DNA of 63,907 bases, counting the filler, from Choristocarpus tenellus KU-1152 (Eukaryota; Protista; Phaeophyceae): NCBI GenBank assembly GCA_964200185.2. It is 10 parts of 10 records of this genome, joined end to end, with 100 filler letters (N's around TTAATTAATTAA, not from the genome) between each part and the next. Parts side by side here need not be neighbours in the genome. Positions count along the whole stretch, not along the records: positions 49,370 to 52,850 come from CAXNAD020019738.1; positions 52,951 to 57,049 come from CAXNAD020016217.1; positions 57,150 to 61,250 come from CAXNAD020016206.1; positions 61,351 to 63,907 come from CAXNAD020026810.1; 6 more parts are not named here. The stretch is one strand, 5' to 3'. The position numbers were made by a program, and so were the translations under genes. Positions 49,413 to 62,158 of this stretch are shown here, piece after piece (the first letter of the stretch is position 1; each line of letters begins with the position of its first letter). Below the pieces are notes generated by a model. It saw nothing but the letters and a program-made list of their open reading frames with translations, was not told where the DNA came from and did not search any database.

Positions 49413-49690
49413 GAGCCAAAGCATTTACCCTGGTAGGGCTGCATCCAATCGGGGTCATATATCCAAAGTTGTGATTTTAATTAATTTTGGTCATCGTTTT
49501 TGTTAGGAAGTGTCAATATCCTTGCTCCGGACACACTTTTCATAGTCATATACATTTTAGGTAACCGTGTTCACACAGAAAACCGAAAAAGGGCATAAAA
49601 AACTTGTGGGTAAATAAAAGACCAGTGGGAAGCCATACCCCGAAAAGAAAAACATGGCCAAACCTCCTACCCTCTAAAATGCTTTGGGTT
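49413..49690 (-). mobile_element. MITE copy 7 (subfamily 2, diverged)
   Basis: Conserved core TTGTTAGGAAGTGTCAATATCCTTGCTCCGGACACAC and a TACCCTCTAAAATGCTTTGG end. Confidence 0.85.
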
Positions 49691-51394
49691 ACCCACCTCA
49701 TCAAATATCCATTAAGATCAGAGGTCCAGGCAAACATTTGCTAGAGAGAGGTGATGTTTTATTCACAAATTTAGCAATGATTCAGTCGTAGCATGAATGG
49801 TTTCTTGCTTCATTCACCTAAGACAATACCCCGAAATACTCACAACAGTTGAATCTCACCAACCCTATCCATACCCCAACCTGAACAAATGCATATCTCT
49901 ATTTTCATGCTCAGTGAGATCTACTGCAGGACCATCACAGTTTTTGGTACTAGTTGAAACTGAAAATATCAAGAGGACAGCAAGTACAATGTCCATTAAA
50001 TATCACATTACAAGAATAAGGAAATAGGCCAGTCTCAGTGTGCTCCTCCAGTCTTTCCTCCAGTGATCAGATCTTTTACTTCCCCAAACATTGTGAACAC
50101 TTCACTCTTGAATTCACGGGTTGACTTGATCTTTCTTGCCCACATGGCCAACATGGGGGACTGTTATTCACCACCCCCAACTAGTGCTGGACAATAGCCT
50201 TGGAAAAGAACATGAAAGGAATCCACCATCCACATTCTTGTTCTGGCTGGCTCTTACGGAGTGGATTAGATCTCTTCAAAGAGAGATACTGGTATTGAAC
50301 ATGTGTTTCGGTACACTCTGAGGTGTATCAACTATCCACTCAACCAGCTTTAAAAAAAATCAAGAGTGTTGGGCGGAAAAATGTGGTCAACATGCTGATA
50401 TATTTATCATTTGTAGTACCTTGGAGATACTTGTTAGGGTTAGGGTTAGGGTTAGGTTTACGTGCGCACAAGCAGTATAGTTGTTTAAGGAGAACAGCAC
50501 TTCCACATACATCTGTACAAGAAACTTGAACCTCCTAAAGATCAGAAGGATAATGAATAGAATGCTGATGCCCAAAAATGTTCACAAAACAGATAGTTGG
50601 AGGTATGTTACACACATGAAGTAGGAGATAATTCTTAGTGAAGAAAGTAAGGAACAAGTTACTGGCAAAATACCAATCTATACATGCAATAATGTAAGGT
50701 GTAACACAGAAACTGCAGAAACCTAATACCCATAAAACCCAATGTCAATATGGAGGCTTCTTCATAAACCTCTTCCACACAAGTCCAGTCCTGTATATAT
50801 TCAACATCCAAGGTGTTGCTCTGGACCTTTTGAGGCCTTGAGGTGTCCCAAAATATTGCTAAGTTGCTCATCCACTACTTCATATATAGAAATTCATGCC
50901 CATACTAGTGCTGGAGGTCATCCTGGGGTGGTCAACCTTTAGCATACCATATGTCTATGAGGTACAAATTAAGCACAGATAGACCAAGAGTGCTGATCTC
51001 AATCAAACATGGTACATCACACATGTGTTATTGGATTAAACATATCAGTTGCTACTAGATCTCTGGTGTGCAATCTCCCCACTGATTTCTGTCACTCCCT
51101 TTGCTCTTACATAGCACAATAGCTTTTTCCCCTAGCCATGCCTATGACTCAAAACCCACTACCAAATCTTACCTTCCATTCCGTGTTTATAGGGACATGT
51201 GCAGGCAATGGTGCCTGCACCCCTGGTTCGAAATCAGGGGTTTCCTCTCCCACAGTCATCTCTGTCGCTGGGGGGGATGACTGTGGGGTGGAGGGATGTA
51301 GATTTTCCCCTGACCTAGAAGATGATTTCTTATTCTTATTCTTCTTAGACACCTGTTTGTTTTTTTTTCCTCTGTTCTTCTTTTTCTTTTTCCT

Positions 51395-52310
51395 CCCTTT
51401 TTGGTGTGTTTTGGTGTATAGGAGACAACAGGTGAGAAGGTTTGACGTCATGAAATGGTGAAGATAAAAACTGGAATCTATCATTAGCACAACAGTTTCT
51501 ACCTGAAGAGAAATCGCTTGTGAAGTATACACATTCCCAAAAAAAGCAAGGCCATGCCCAGAACTATCACACTTGCCAAATATGAATCCCATCTTGGGTG
51601 GGCAAGCACTGTATCCTAGGAAATGAAAGCAAATACCCTTCCAAACATCTTGCTGCTAGGATAGCAACCATTTCCACACTTGTTCCCTTGTGGACTGTGT
51701 AAGCACTACTGAGCAAATGAAAAAATATTGCGGCACTTGAGATTGAGGAGGACATATTCTTCTGCTAGAAACTGTTGTGTTAAGGGCAGATTCCAATTTT
51801 TGTCGGCACCTTTTCATGATGCCATGCCTTTTCCCCTGTTGTCCGGTGTACACCAAAACACCAAAAGAGGATGAAGAAAAAATAATTTTTTGGACAAAAA
51901 AACAAGAGCAAAAGAAGAAAAAAACACCAAGAAGACTCCATTTCCTTCATATTATTATGCTTCTTTTGCTTTGTTTTTTTACCTGGATTTTTTTTTTCCC
52001 CCTTTTGGTGTTTTGGTGTGTACCAGACAACAAGGGATAGAGTCATAGCGTCATGAAAAGAGGCAACAATAAAAATTTGAATCTGTCCTTAGCACAGCAG
52101 TTTGTACCTGAAGATAAATCACTTGTGCATTGTAGATATTTCCAAGCTAAGTAAAGCCATGCCCACATCTATCACACTTGCCAGATATGTATCCCATCTT
52201 GGGTGGGCAAGCACTGTAGGACTAGGGGATGAAAGCAAGTACCCTTCCAAACATCTTGCTGCTCGGATAGCAACCATTTCCACACTTGCTCACTTGTGGA
52301 CTGTGTGAGG
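51395..52310. repeat. Direct duplication (~310 bp) with an intervening inverted partial copy
   Basis: 51395-51710 matches 52000-52310 (e.g. shared ATCCCATCTTGGGTGGGCAAGCACTGTA and TACCCTTCCAAACATCTTGCTGCT). 51768-51930 is the reverse complement of ~51955-52105. Confidence 0.85.
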
Positions 52311-53439
52311 CTCCAGGGAGCTTTGAGCACTATTGCAAAAGAAAAGTCACACACTTGATATTGAGGACTTGTTCTTCTGTAACAGTAGACTTTCTAGTCT
52401 CAGCAGTATCCATACACACCATCAATGCACACATTAAGTACACACCCTCACCTCCCCGTTGTCCCCGGCAGTGAGCAGGCTTCTTATCACGTCTTATTCG
52501 TCCACGACATTTCATTGCCTCACCATAGAGGCGTGAAATTTCACTAGTGACCCTACAGAAAGAAGGTCGTGTCATGAAGTACAAAGGGGGCATCAGTGTG
52601 CGCAGATGGATGTTGCTCTGCCCGTGGGCTGAATCATACACATAAATGCATGTGATTGTAGGGGTGCGTGTGAGTGTATGTGCGCAGGTGATCTATTGGG
52701 TATACTCTGAAGAGATGTGACTACTACCACCACATTTCTCAACGGAAGGTAGAATTTGACTCTACAAGCACCACAGCAACAAAACGCCCTCCCCTCGTCT
52801 CCACACCACTTCGCCGTCCAGACCCAAACCCTGCCTGACATCAGTCACATNNNNNNNNNNNNNNNNNNNNNNNNNNNNNNNNNNNNNNNNNNNNTTAATT
52901 AATTAANNNNNNNNNNNNNNNNNNNNNNNNNNNNNNNNNNNNNNNNNNNNCAAAACCATCCTCAATAGTACGCTCCATCCTCAATTTTAAAAATCCACTG
53001 TTATATGTGGTACGTTCACATGACAAAAATGCTTTTTAAGCCAATCTGGTCCAGAGTTGCCCTAGATTGTCAAGACTTCGTTCTCTTTCAATGGTCTGAA
53101 GCTTAGTCTTTTCGTTTATCTAAGGACAGTTCAAATTGCTAGAAGTATGGAAATATAAGTTAGCTAGGGTGGCCATGTGAATGTGTGTCTCTGTATGGTG
53201 GCATGGGAGGCGAGAAGCATGGTATTTTTTTCAATCTGCACACACAGGAAGAAAAGAAAGTGACAATGCTGATGCACAAGCTTGTTCATTACTTGATTTT
53301 TTTTCTTGTGCATAATTGTATTTTTCCCTCCACTACATCTGGGCATAGTTCCTTCAAAATTGACTCTACCTGCTTGCCAGCTATTCCAGCACAGGCTGCA
53401 AAGGCAGTCTCGCTTGCGGCTTTGGGTGCCTATGCCTGC

Positions 53440-54130
53440 TAGTCAAGTTTTTGCTGCAATTCGGTAATTCCTCGATATATTTTTCGATCAGCCTGAACAT
53501 CATCATCATCTCAACCTTAGTGTGTTTCTCGCATGGGGCACCTGAGTTGGTCAAGTAGACCCCCCATCGTGAAAAGGTTGCGTTCTGACTGACAGCTTGT
53601 AGCATCTATCTCGTGGAAAAGATGGGCAAGCAATACAACATGCAGCATCTCGGGGGGCATAGCCACCTCTCTTGACTTAGGATCAAGTGCTGGAATTGCC
53701 ACCTTCCAGCGTTGGAGGAGGTCAAAGCTACTAAGGTTCAAATCCTCCCATACGCCAAGGTACTCCTCCAGATCCTTTTTGCCGATTGGGAAGGTGGAAC
53801 ACCTCTCCCCACAGATAGATATGGCACGGGTTGCTCCTTTGCCCCGCTTTCCCAGCATCTGTGAAAGCTAGCTGAGTCTTGGTTCCTTGCTGGCATGAGT
53901 GCCCTCTTCACTGTTGTCTGACCCTGGGAGTGCCTGAGTGGCAGGGGAGTGTATGGACTCGGATGAGCCGGTCACCTTGTTATCATTGCTGCTGTCAGTG
54001 TTGCTGTTAATGGAGCAGAAGCGGAAATCAATTGTGAAGTGGAGGTTATCTATGACACTCCGTCTTGGCAGCCGTCCTTTTAAAACCTCCTGACACAGGA
54101 ATCCAGCAGAAAGAAAACCTCCCAGCATTG
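53440..54130 (-). mobile_element. hAT transposase C-terminal dimerisation-domain remnant
   Basis: FDLLQRWK...LLAHLFHEIDATSCQSERN, then KVEMMMMFRL. Canonical ATS..SER motif; frameshifted. Confidence 0.8.
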
Positions 54131-55089
54131 ACAACTTTTTTCCTCCATTATTTTATTCAGCACCTACAGCAGCATTTGTACCTAAGTTTGGAGTCCCTCC
54201 TCACCTATGGCCTTATCCCACCTCCTAATGTGTCGTTCCTCATCATTCGTCGTCTGTCTGAGAACCTACGTGAGGCACATGCACCTTGCAGGGTATGCAT
54301 CAGTCCCACCCTGGATTTGATTAGTCACCTCTGACACTGATCCAGACGACCAAGATGTCAAACCTATTGTTCTTGGTCTTTCCCGTGTCGGGGATGAAAT
54401 TTTGGAACTTCCACACCACTGATCTTGTCGAAGACTTTACCAACTTGGTGGTCGTAATAATAGTGGCCATCACTGTGCTGCCCCTCGAACCAACTTTTGA
54501 AGAATTCAGAGTAGGCCACTCCAACCCTGGTACCATACCACCTATCTCATAAGACTCTGCCCCCTCTGTGTCCAAAATAGCATTCACAACTTGGAGCCAC
54601 CCTCCCACCAAGAAGCAACCTCCCCTTATCGTAAATCCCCATTTCCTCAACCCTTAACACATCACCCTACACCTCCATCTTTTATTTCCAAAAGGAAAAA
54701 GAATGACACCTACTTTTCGAAATCTTTGCTAACTTTCTCTCTGTACACAATAGTAATACAGTACAGTGGTTGCTCACTGTTGTAATCGTGTCATAGAGTG
54801 ATATCTACAACCATCACAAATAGCAAAATGTGAAGTAAAGTATACAAAATGTATAATATACTCAGTAGTACTTCGTACATAATACCATGCACTCTGACAT
54901 TTTGCAGATGTCTCAGGGATAAGGTCAAACCGATATCGCAAGGACCCCTTCAAAAGTAGCAGTTGTCGTAAATGTGAAAGAAATCTCTCTAATATCTGTC
55001 GGGGGTTGGTAAATAGATTTCGTTTGGAATTACAATATTATGTGTATATTGTTGTTTTGTCTCCAACCTAGCTTAGCCCTAAACAATCG

Positions 55090-55740
55090 GACGAGGAGCT
55101 AGGAAAGCATCCCAAGAATCTGACAGGCCCCTTCTTGTCCATTTGCATGGTGTCTCCAGCTTGAAACGTATGACACGAGAGATTCATTTGTGTAGTGACA
55201 GATACTATCTGTCGTAAGCAGGATTTGACAACTCCCTTTCCTGCCATAACCTCCTGCCCCTCTCCCCCCTACTGCCTGTGTAGCCAACTCATCCAGAACT
55301 CTTTCTGCTTGCTTATTGAGGTGTCCAAACATTTCCACCGCCAAGGTGTCGAGGATGAAACTACGAGAGTCAAAAGAACCCTCGTAGTGGGTGCGCTCTC
55401 ACGCCTCAGCTACAGCAGCAGCTACACTATTGTTGGTGGATGGGTGTGGTAGATTGGATTTTCTTTCACTTCTACAAACGCAACATTGAGGAGGAGGCCT
55501 TTGCCCCGATAGAGGGCTGATCCAGTGTCCGCAAGTGCCCCAGCATAGAAGACCACATCCATGCGGAAATCCCTGTCCACTATGAATGGGGTACTATCCT
55601 TCATAGTGCAAGGGATGCAAATCCCCTTGCAGAGTTGACCTAGAAGCTTAACCATTGGCGTGTGCTGGCATACCTGTTCCCCCGCCCTACAACAGGTACC
55701 AGTATGTAGGGTGTCAACATAATAACCCTGACACATCTGC
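55090..55740 (-). mobile_element. CRE/R2-type non-LTR retrotransposon 3' end (restriction-like endonuclease domain)
   Basis: CC..GE.V.QH..MV, FRMDVV...G.L...LLLNV, THYEGSFD, and LAVEMFGHLNKQAERVLDELATQAVGG follow the RxD...DVT...K..Y...LAVExFG layout. Decayed. Confidence 0.72.
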
Positions 55741-56189
55741 AAAATGTCAGAGGGCATAATAATAATATAATAATATATTTAATTTTTGGGGTAGTAATGG
55801 TGCGGTAATTCTGGAATTTCCACGGTACGGCAGATATCATGGTCGAAGTCCTACCGTATGGTAAATTTCCCTACAATTGTCATTAATTTTATTATTAAAC
55901 CCTCTAACATTTCCAGATGTGTCAGGGAAAAAACTAATGAAAACTATGTACATGTCAAAAAAATGTCTAAGGAAGTGACAGTTTCACAAATGTGAAAAAC
56001 AGTAATACCACTGTCTTCCTGTGTCTCTAACCTACCCATTCCTGCACCCCAGGACTTTGACCTGGACAGCAAATTAGAAAAGTCCCGTCCACTGACCAGA
56101 CTGGTCCCACAATTGTTTATTATGCCCCATTCAATCTCCACCAGCTATTAAACGGCCGATGTTTGTCGGTCAGACAGGCCTAACAATTA

Positions 56190-56412
56190 TTTTAAATGTG
56201 CTGGACTATGCCCACTAGGTATTGAACTGGTCCATGTTAGCTGGTCCGACCAGATCGAACTTTCTCTGACATGTCCGGACCATGTCCACTGGATATTGTA
56301 CTGGTCCATCTCCACCAACCTTCCATTCAAACTTTTTTCCATACAGGTCTGGACCACGCCAACCAAGCAGTTCAATTTTTTTCTGGTATGTCTGGACCAT
56401 GTCCATCCACTA
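56190..56412. repeat. Array of GTC(C/T)GGACCA(TGTCCA) motifs, probably a DNA-transposon subterminal region
   Basis: TGTCCGGACCATGTCCAC, GGTCTGGACCAC and TGTCTGGACCATGTCCATC. A similar motif lies in reverse at ~16980-17025. Confidence 0.5.
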
Positions 56413-57375
56413 AGGTCGTACCAGTAGCTTCGCCCTCTTTGGCAATTTGGTTTTAATCACCGGGTTACCACAACAGTCACACAATATTGAATATATCAAA
56501 TGAACGGGTATGGCAGGACCTTTAGAAGGTTTGTATACACGAATGTCCAGGCTTCAGGGAACGGAAATATTTCCCGATCAAGGAATGGAAAAAACGCGGG
56601 GGAACATCTCCGTCGCAATTTTGAAGATGAAGACTTCAAAACGGACAAAAATGAAGTGGTTGGTCGAACTCCTTGGAAAAGACTGGTCTGAGTTAGGTCA
56701 CTACCGACTTTTGGTCGGTGTCGAAATACAAAAAAAAAAGGATTTCCGGAGATCTTTGAAAAACCATTTACAGACTTTCTGTGAGCATACACACGACTTA
56801 CACAACAACATGAACCACGACGGCGAGACAAGGAGAGCCGCCGGGGCCACTCTGCCCCCTGGATCTACCCTCGGCACCTTCTCTGTCGAGAGGTGACGGA
56901 AAAGCAAGTACCATGTGGCACTCAGTGCGAAATTAGGTGACGAGAAAGTGCATACTGTGGAGCAGCAGCATAATCAAGTCGCGAAATGGATCACGGGGCC
57001 GCGACGCTGACACTGAGAGAAGATGCATTGAAAGCATTACCATACAAACNNNNNNNNNNNNNNNNNNNNNNNNNNNNNNNNNNNNNNNNNNNNTTAATTA
57101 ATTAANNNNNNNNNNNNNNNNNNNNNNNNNNNNNNNNNNNNNNNNNNNNCCCACGTGCCCTTACCTCGCCACCTTCTCCACCCACACTTCCACCCATCCA
57201 CCCTACCCACTCAGAAGATCCTTGTAGCTGCCCCATCCACAGTCCCTCCCACCCACTCACCTCAACACATGACCACAACCCCAGAACCCTGCACCCACAT
57301 CCTCCTTGGATTTCCACCCACAACCCCCACCCGCACCCACACCCACGACCACCAGACCAATCCCATGAACTCCAT

Positions 57376-57632
57376 GAGTCAAAGTTTCTTAGAGGGTAGA
57401 GCGGCGTCCATTTGGGGGTCAAAATCCAATGTTTCGATTTTGATATAATATTTGGGTATTGTGTTTGTTAGGAAGTGTCAATATCCTTGTTCCGGACACA
57501 CCTTTTCATAACGTACACATTTTACCTACTCCGAACCATTTCGGGGTAGGAAAACGTCAAAATAAATTATGGGAAGCCAAGCCCCAAATGGTTAACAGGG
57601 CAAAACACGTACCCTCTCAGATACCTTCACTC
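57376..57632 (-). mobile_element. 260-bp MITE copy 8, inserted in Copia
   Basis: Complete TIRs, flanked by CAT on both sides. Confidence 0.93.
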
Positions 57633-58153
57633 CATCGACTCAGTTCCTTTAACAGCCCTGGACTCCGGGAAGAAGCCTCTCTCGCCACTATCACCCTATA
57701 TTTGACCACCCCAGCATCCTTGCTGGGCCATCCTCCGCCATCATCTCCCTTTCCACCACCCTTCCAATCATCCTTTGTCTATTCCATCCTTCTCCACACA
57801 CTCCATTCAGCCCAATTACATCAGAGACCTTCCCCACTACTTCAAAGAAGCAATGAAGTACACCAGCTGGGCGGAGCACGGATCCCACCTTGGTAACAAG
57901 ACCTGGAGCGTGGTAGATCAAGCCAGTCTCCTTCCCACAGATAACGTCATCTCCACTGAGTGGGCTGTTCAAGACCAAGTGCCAGTCCGATGGAATCATC
58001 CTCAAGCGCAAGGCCCGCCTGGGGGTTGCGAGGGGGTACACCCAAATACCCTGAATTGACGTCAACAACACCTCGCCTGTTGCCTGTATGGTTACCATCC
58101 GTACCATTATTGCCCTTGCTGCCTACCATGACCGGCCTTCATTCCAAATGGAT

Positions 58154-58407
58154 GAGTGAAAGATCTTAGAGGGTAGGAGTTTTGCCCTGTTTGTTCATTT
58201 GGGGCTTGACTTCCCACGAGTTTTTTATGATATTTTACCCACTCCGATATTCGGAGTAGGTAAAATGTATATGTTATGAAAAGGTGTGTCTGGAACAGGA
58301 TATGGACAACAACTAACAAACAAGATAGTCAAAATTACATTAAAGGTTCAATATCAGATTTTGGCCGCCAAACGGACGCGGCTCTACCATCCAACATAAT
58401 TTGACTC
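58154..58407 (+). mobile_element. 260-bp MITE copy 9, splitting the Copia RT QMD-x-KSAFL motif
   Basis: TIRs present. Flanks are GGAT and AGAT. Confidence 0.92.
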
Positions 58408-60089
58408 AGATTATTAAGTCTGCCTTTCTCCAGAGCACCGTCCATGACGGAGGTTTCACCTGTCCAGTCCCAGGCTTTCCCGAAACCAACACCCAGGGCC
58501 AACCCCAGGTAGACTGCCTTCACAAAGCCCTCTATGGCCTTCAGCAAGCCCCCCATGACTCGCACCAAACCCTCCATCACACCCTCACCACCCTTGACCT
58601 TACCCCCAGTGTTGCTGATCCTTGCGTTGTTTACACACGAGGGAAAGCTGAGCTCATTTTGTTCGTGTACGTAGACGATATGGGCATCACAGGCTGCAAT
58701 CCCACCCTCATCAACAGGATGTGACACCGACTCCAATAACAGTTCGAAATGGAAGACCTGGGCAAAGCTGAATGGGTACATGGGATTCGAGTTGTTCGAG
58801 ATCTGACCAAGCAAGATATTATACTTACACAGGTGCTGTATGTGCACAACATACTGGATCGCTTCGGAATGGCCAACTGCAACTCATAGGCAATGATGCC
58901 TGCTGACCTGTACGAACTATGCCCCCACCCCAACTTCCCACTGGCACCCCACGATTCAAAACACTATCAACCCTGGTTGATAGTCTTCTCTACCTTTCCA
59001 TCCGCACACGCCCTGATATTTCCCATGCCGTTGTGGAACTCACCCGCTACATGGCCGCCCCCTCACAACCTCACCTTGTTGCTGCCAAGCGCAAACTTCA
59101 GTACCTTCAGCGTGCCCCTAGCTTTGATCTTCAATACTATGCAACCCTGTCTGACTCCATTGCCTGCATGCCTATGCAAACCCAAGCTATACCAGTGATT
59201 CCAGAGTCCTACCGTTCCACATCTGCCTACATCTTCATGTTGAATGGGGGTCCTGCCACCTGGTTCAGCAAGAATAGTCAACCGTCGCCCTGTCCACCAC
59301 TCCGAGTGAAAGTTATGCCCTCAACTTTGCCGCCCAAGAAGCTCGCCATCTTCGCAATTTGCTGTCATCCCTGGGATCCGATGCCAAGACACTGCTGACC
59401 ATCCATGAGGACAACCAAGGCGCGATACATATGGCCACCAACCTACCCTACAACCATCGCAAGAAGCATGGTGGTTTTTTGGCTCGCCTTTCTCCGCGAC
59501 AAAACTACTATGGGGGTCATTATTTGTGTCGTTCACATCTGCACCAAGGACCTACTTGCTAATGTCCTGACCAAGAATCTACCACGAGCACGCTTCACAG
59601 ACCATTACTACCCCCCGGGAAACTGACTCTTAGCCATATGCTTCTTTGTCTTAAGCTAGAATTGGATTATGTTCCACTCACGATACTTCTCGTGATTACA
59701 TTACTTCTTTTTGCAAATTCTGGGATTCTTTCTTATTCTTGGAATCATTTATTTTCTCTTTGTTGGTCACCGTTCTGTCATTTTTTTTAGTAGTCGTACG
59801 TCATGCTCCTTCACCAGCGTTACACTTGTTTCAATCGGGGAAGGGTGTTAAAACATAGGCTACTCATCTCTTGTGTTCTTGATACCATACACTATTGCAG
59901 TTCATACTGACTGTCGATTTGCACATCGGCACTGGTCGTTACTCCCTTTTACATCATTGGCACCTCAACATCATGGTACATTAGGAAGCATGGAACAATT
60001 GCCACTTATCAAAAATACATAGTATGTGCCATATGAGTTATCACAGATATTGATTTAAGTTTGTTTCTTTGTTTCTTTTTTTCTTCACA

Positions 60090-60313
60090 TCTCGGGGTTA
60101 TAAATCCAATGTTGCGACCTTGATTCATTTGGGGTATCGTGTTTGTTAGCAAGTATCAATATCCTTGTCCCGGACACACCTTTCACAGTCGTATACATTC
60201 TATGTAAATTTGTTCACACAGAAAATTAAAAAAGGGTATAAAAACCCGTGGGAAGTCAAGCCCCGAACGGACGAACAGGGCAAAACGCCTACCCTCTATA
60301 AAAGCTTTGAGTC
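60090..60313 (-). mobile_element. MITE copy 10 (subfamily 2, one end missing)
   Basis: Conserved core and a CAGGGCAAAACGCCTACCCTCTA end. Confidence 0.85.
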
Positions 60314-61350
60314 AAATATAGAACTAAGTGCCCTGTCCATGAACGTTCCCTTTTCTGGAATGTCCTTCTGGAACATTCTCAACCTATGGAGTTCCAACTT
60401 TTTTGTCGTATATCTTGTGCTACCCTTGGTGTCATGGCGTTTCGACTTGTCATGTTATCAGCTACACACGAAGGGATATGTGAGTGTCCCTAGTAAGGCT
60501 GTCTAGAGCACTCAACACAAACATCCAGTTCAAGGTTGGGACGTGTCCAAAATAGGACAATCGTAAGAGGTACCCAGTTTTGTGTATGTGAAATTATAGT
60601 GTTGGATTCAGTCTATGTTATGTAACTAATGAGATGAGTACGTCCAGATTATATATGCGGTTTGGTATTACAGTTAAACTTCTCTGGCATAACCATCGAC
60701 TTACGTCTAAATACAAACAAGTATAAAACAATAAGAAGCCACCCCACAAGATCACTCTTCTTTTCAGCCATGTGATCGTAATCAGCAATGGGGAATTGTG
60801 TGAGGGTCCCATCTCTTTCTTCTATCTTTTTCCATACTGACACAAACAGCAGAATAAAGGACGATCTATATTTGCGACATTTTCAAGAGGGCCATGGCTC
60901 AGAAGGCCTTGGCACCTGTTCCCTCCAAGAAAACCTTTGTCGGCATGAAAGCAGTCCTTCATCAGGAAACCCACCCAGAGGTAAGGACAAACATGTATTC
61001 CTCCTTCAACTGAGCCGTGTTCATGAGTTGTAACTAGGAATATTTCCTCTTCGTCGTCTTCAAACGCTTCCAAACAGAAACGGCATGCACACCAATCCTT
61101 CTCTTGTCCAGCAGATCCTTCCCCTCCAAGCGATCAGCAATATTGCCAGCTACTGGCGTTGAGAGGGTATTCCGAAGTCAGCTCCATCACAAGGAAAAGG
61201 GTCAAAGTACCTGGGGGAGTGGCGGCGTCCTTTTTTCACCCTTTTTTCGANNNNNNNNNNNNNNNNNNNNNNNNNNNNNNNNNNNNNNNNNNNNTTAATT
61301 AATTAANNNNNNNNNNNNNNNNNNNNNNNNNNNNNNNNNNNNNNNNNNNN

Positions 61351-61396
61351 TGGTCCCCAAATGGACAAGGCCCTACCCTCTAAGATACTTTGGCTC
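61351..61396 (+). mobile_element. MITE copy 11 (right end only)
   Basis: CCCCAAATGGACAAGGCCCTACCCTCTAAGATACTTTGGCTC. Confidence 0.9.
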
Positions 61397-61400
61397 AGTT

Positions 61401-61778
61401 GTTACTATTCCAAATGGACACACACACCCTCCACCGTCTCGCCGCGCTTTGGAAATTGATGGCCTTTACCGTTCGACAGAACACATCAAATTCACTTATC
61501 ACTGGCTGCCACATGTCAAGCACAAACCTGTGCATGATTGCCCTCCCGACATCCAACCCGAGTCAGCATCTAAGTACCTTTCATCTTCATCTTTCACTTT
61601 CTCAGTTCGACTTAATGTTTTCCTGCTCAGGATTACTATTTCAAATCGACACACACACACCCCAACAGTCTTGCCGCGCTTTGGATATTGATGGCATCTA
61701 CCGTTCGACAGAACACATGAAATGCGTTCATTATTGCCTGCCCTATGTCAAGTGCAAACCTGTGCACGATTGCCCTCG
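61401..61778. repeat. Diverged direct repeat, ~145-bp unit, ~231-bp period
   Basis: TTACTATT..AAAT.GACACACACAC...GCCGCGCTTTGGA.ATTGATGGC..TACCGTTCGACAGAACACAT...ATGTCAAG..CAAACCTGTGCA.GATTGCCCTC at 61401-61546 and 61632-61777. Confidence 0.9.
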
Positions 61779-62158
61779 CTATATGTTACCTTGGTCGGCA
61801 CGTAAATCCTACCAGACTGCGTCCGATATTGGTGCTTATTCACATTCATATCCATCCCAAGTCGAACGGGTTAACAGTTTCATATTTTTTAATAAATAAC
61901 GACCTTTGAAGAAAGCGTTACGCCGTCCTCATTTCCACGGCATCGCTGCGCCCTTTTCATATCTCGTTTGCATAGCCCACGCATGGACACGAACCCTGCA
62001 CTCCATATAAATCCCGTCATCATTAATCACATAGTCCATCACTGTTCGTATAAAGACACCCTTGATGCACTCAGCTAACCATTGCATCCACCCCTATGTC
62101 AATATCATTCCTCTTTGCTGATACCGTTGTCCTAACATTTTCCACTCTACCTTCACAG

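Larger units (their letters stand above)
5372..50458. repeat. Dispersed short interstitial telomeric arrays (TTAGGG)2-4
   Basis: Examples at ~5372, 7723, 7875, 19958, 20014, 20333, 21035, 21463, 21511, 21561, 22094, 23085, 25643, 27548, 27685, 27879, 28032, 29266, 33855, 34601, 48816 and 50433. Confidence 0.9.
57150..60050 (+). mobile_element. Ty1/Copia retrotransposon remnant: RT-RNase H, PPT and start of 3' LTR
   Basis: QMD/KSAFLQ, LHKALYGLQQAP, ADPCVY, LFVYVDDM, FEMEDLG, LLYLSIRTRPDISHAV, AAKRKLQYL, RSTSAYIFMLNGG, IHEDNQGAI and LLANVLTKNL. Polypurine tract GGGGAAGGG at 59837-59845 is followed by TG at 59846. The LTR 3' end is undefined. Confidence 0.92.

Noticed and set aside
61401-61778. 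Repeats as a CRISPR array (also 29380-29885 and 56190-56412)
   Set aside because: Few, diverged, irregularly spaced units in eukaryotic DNA, with no cas genes.
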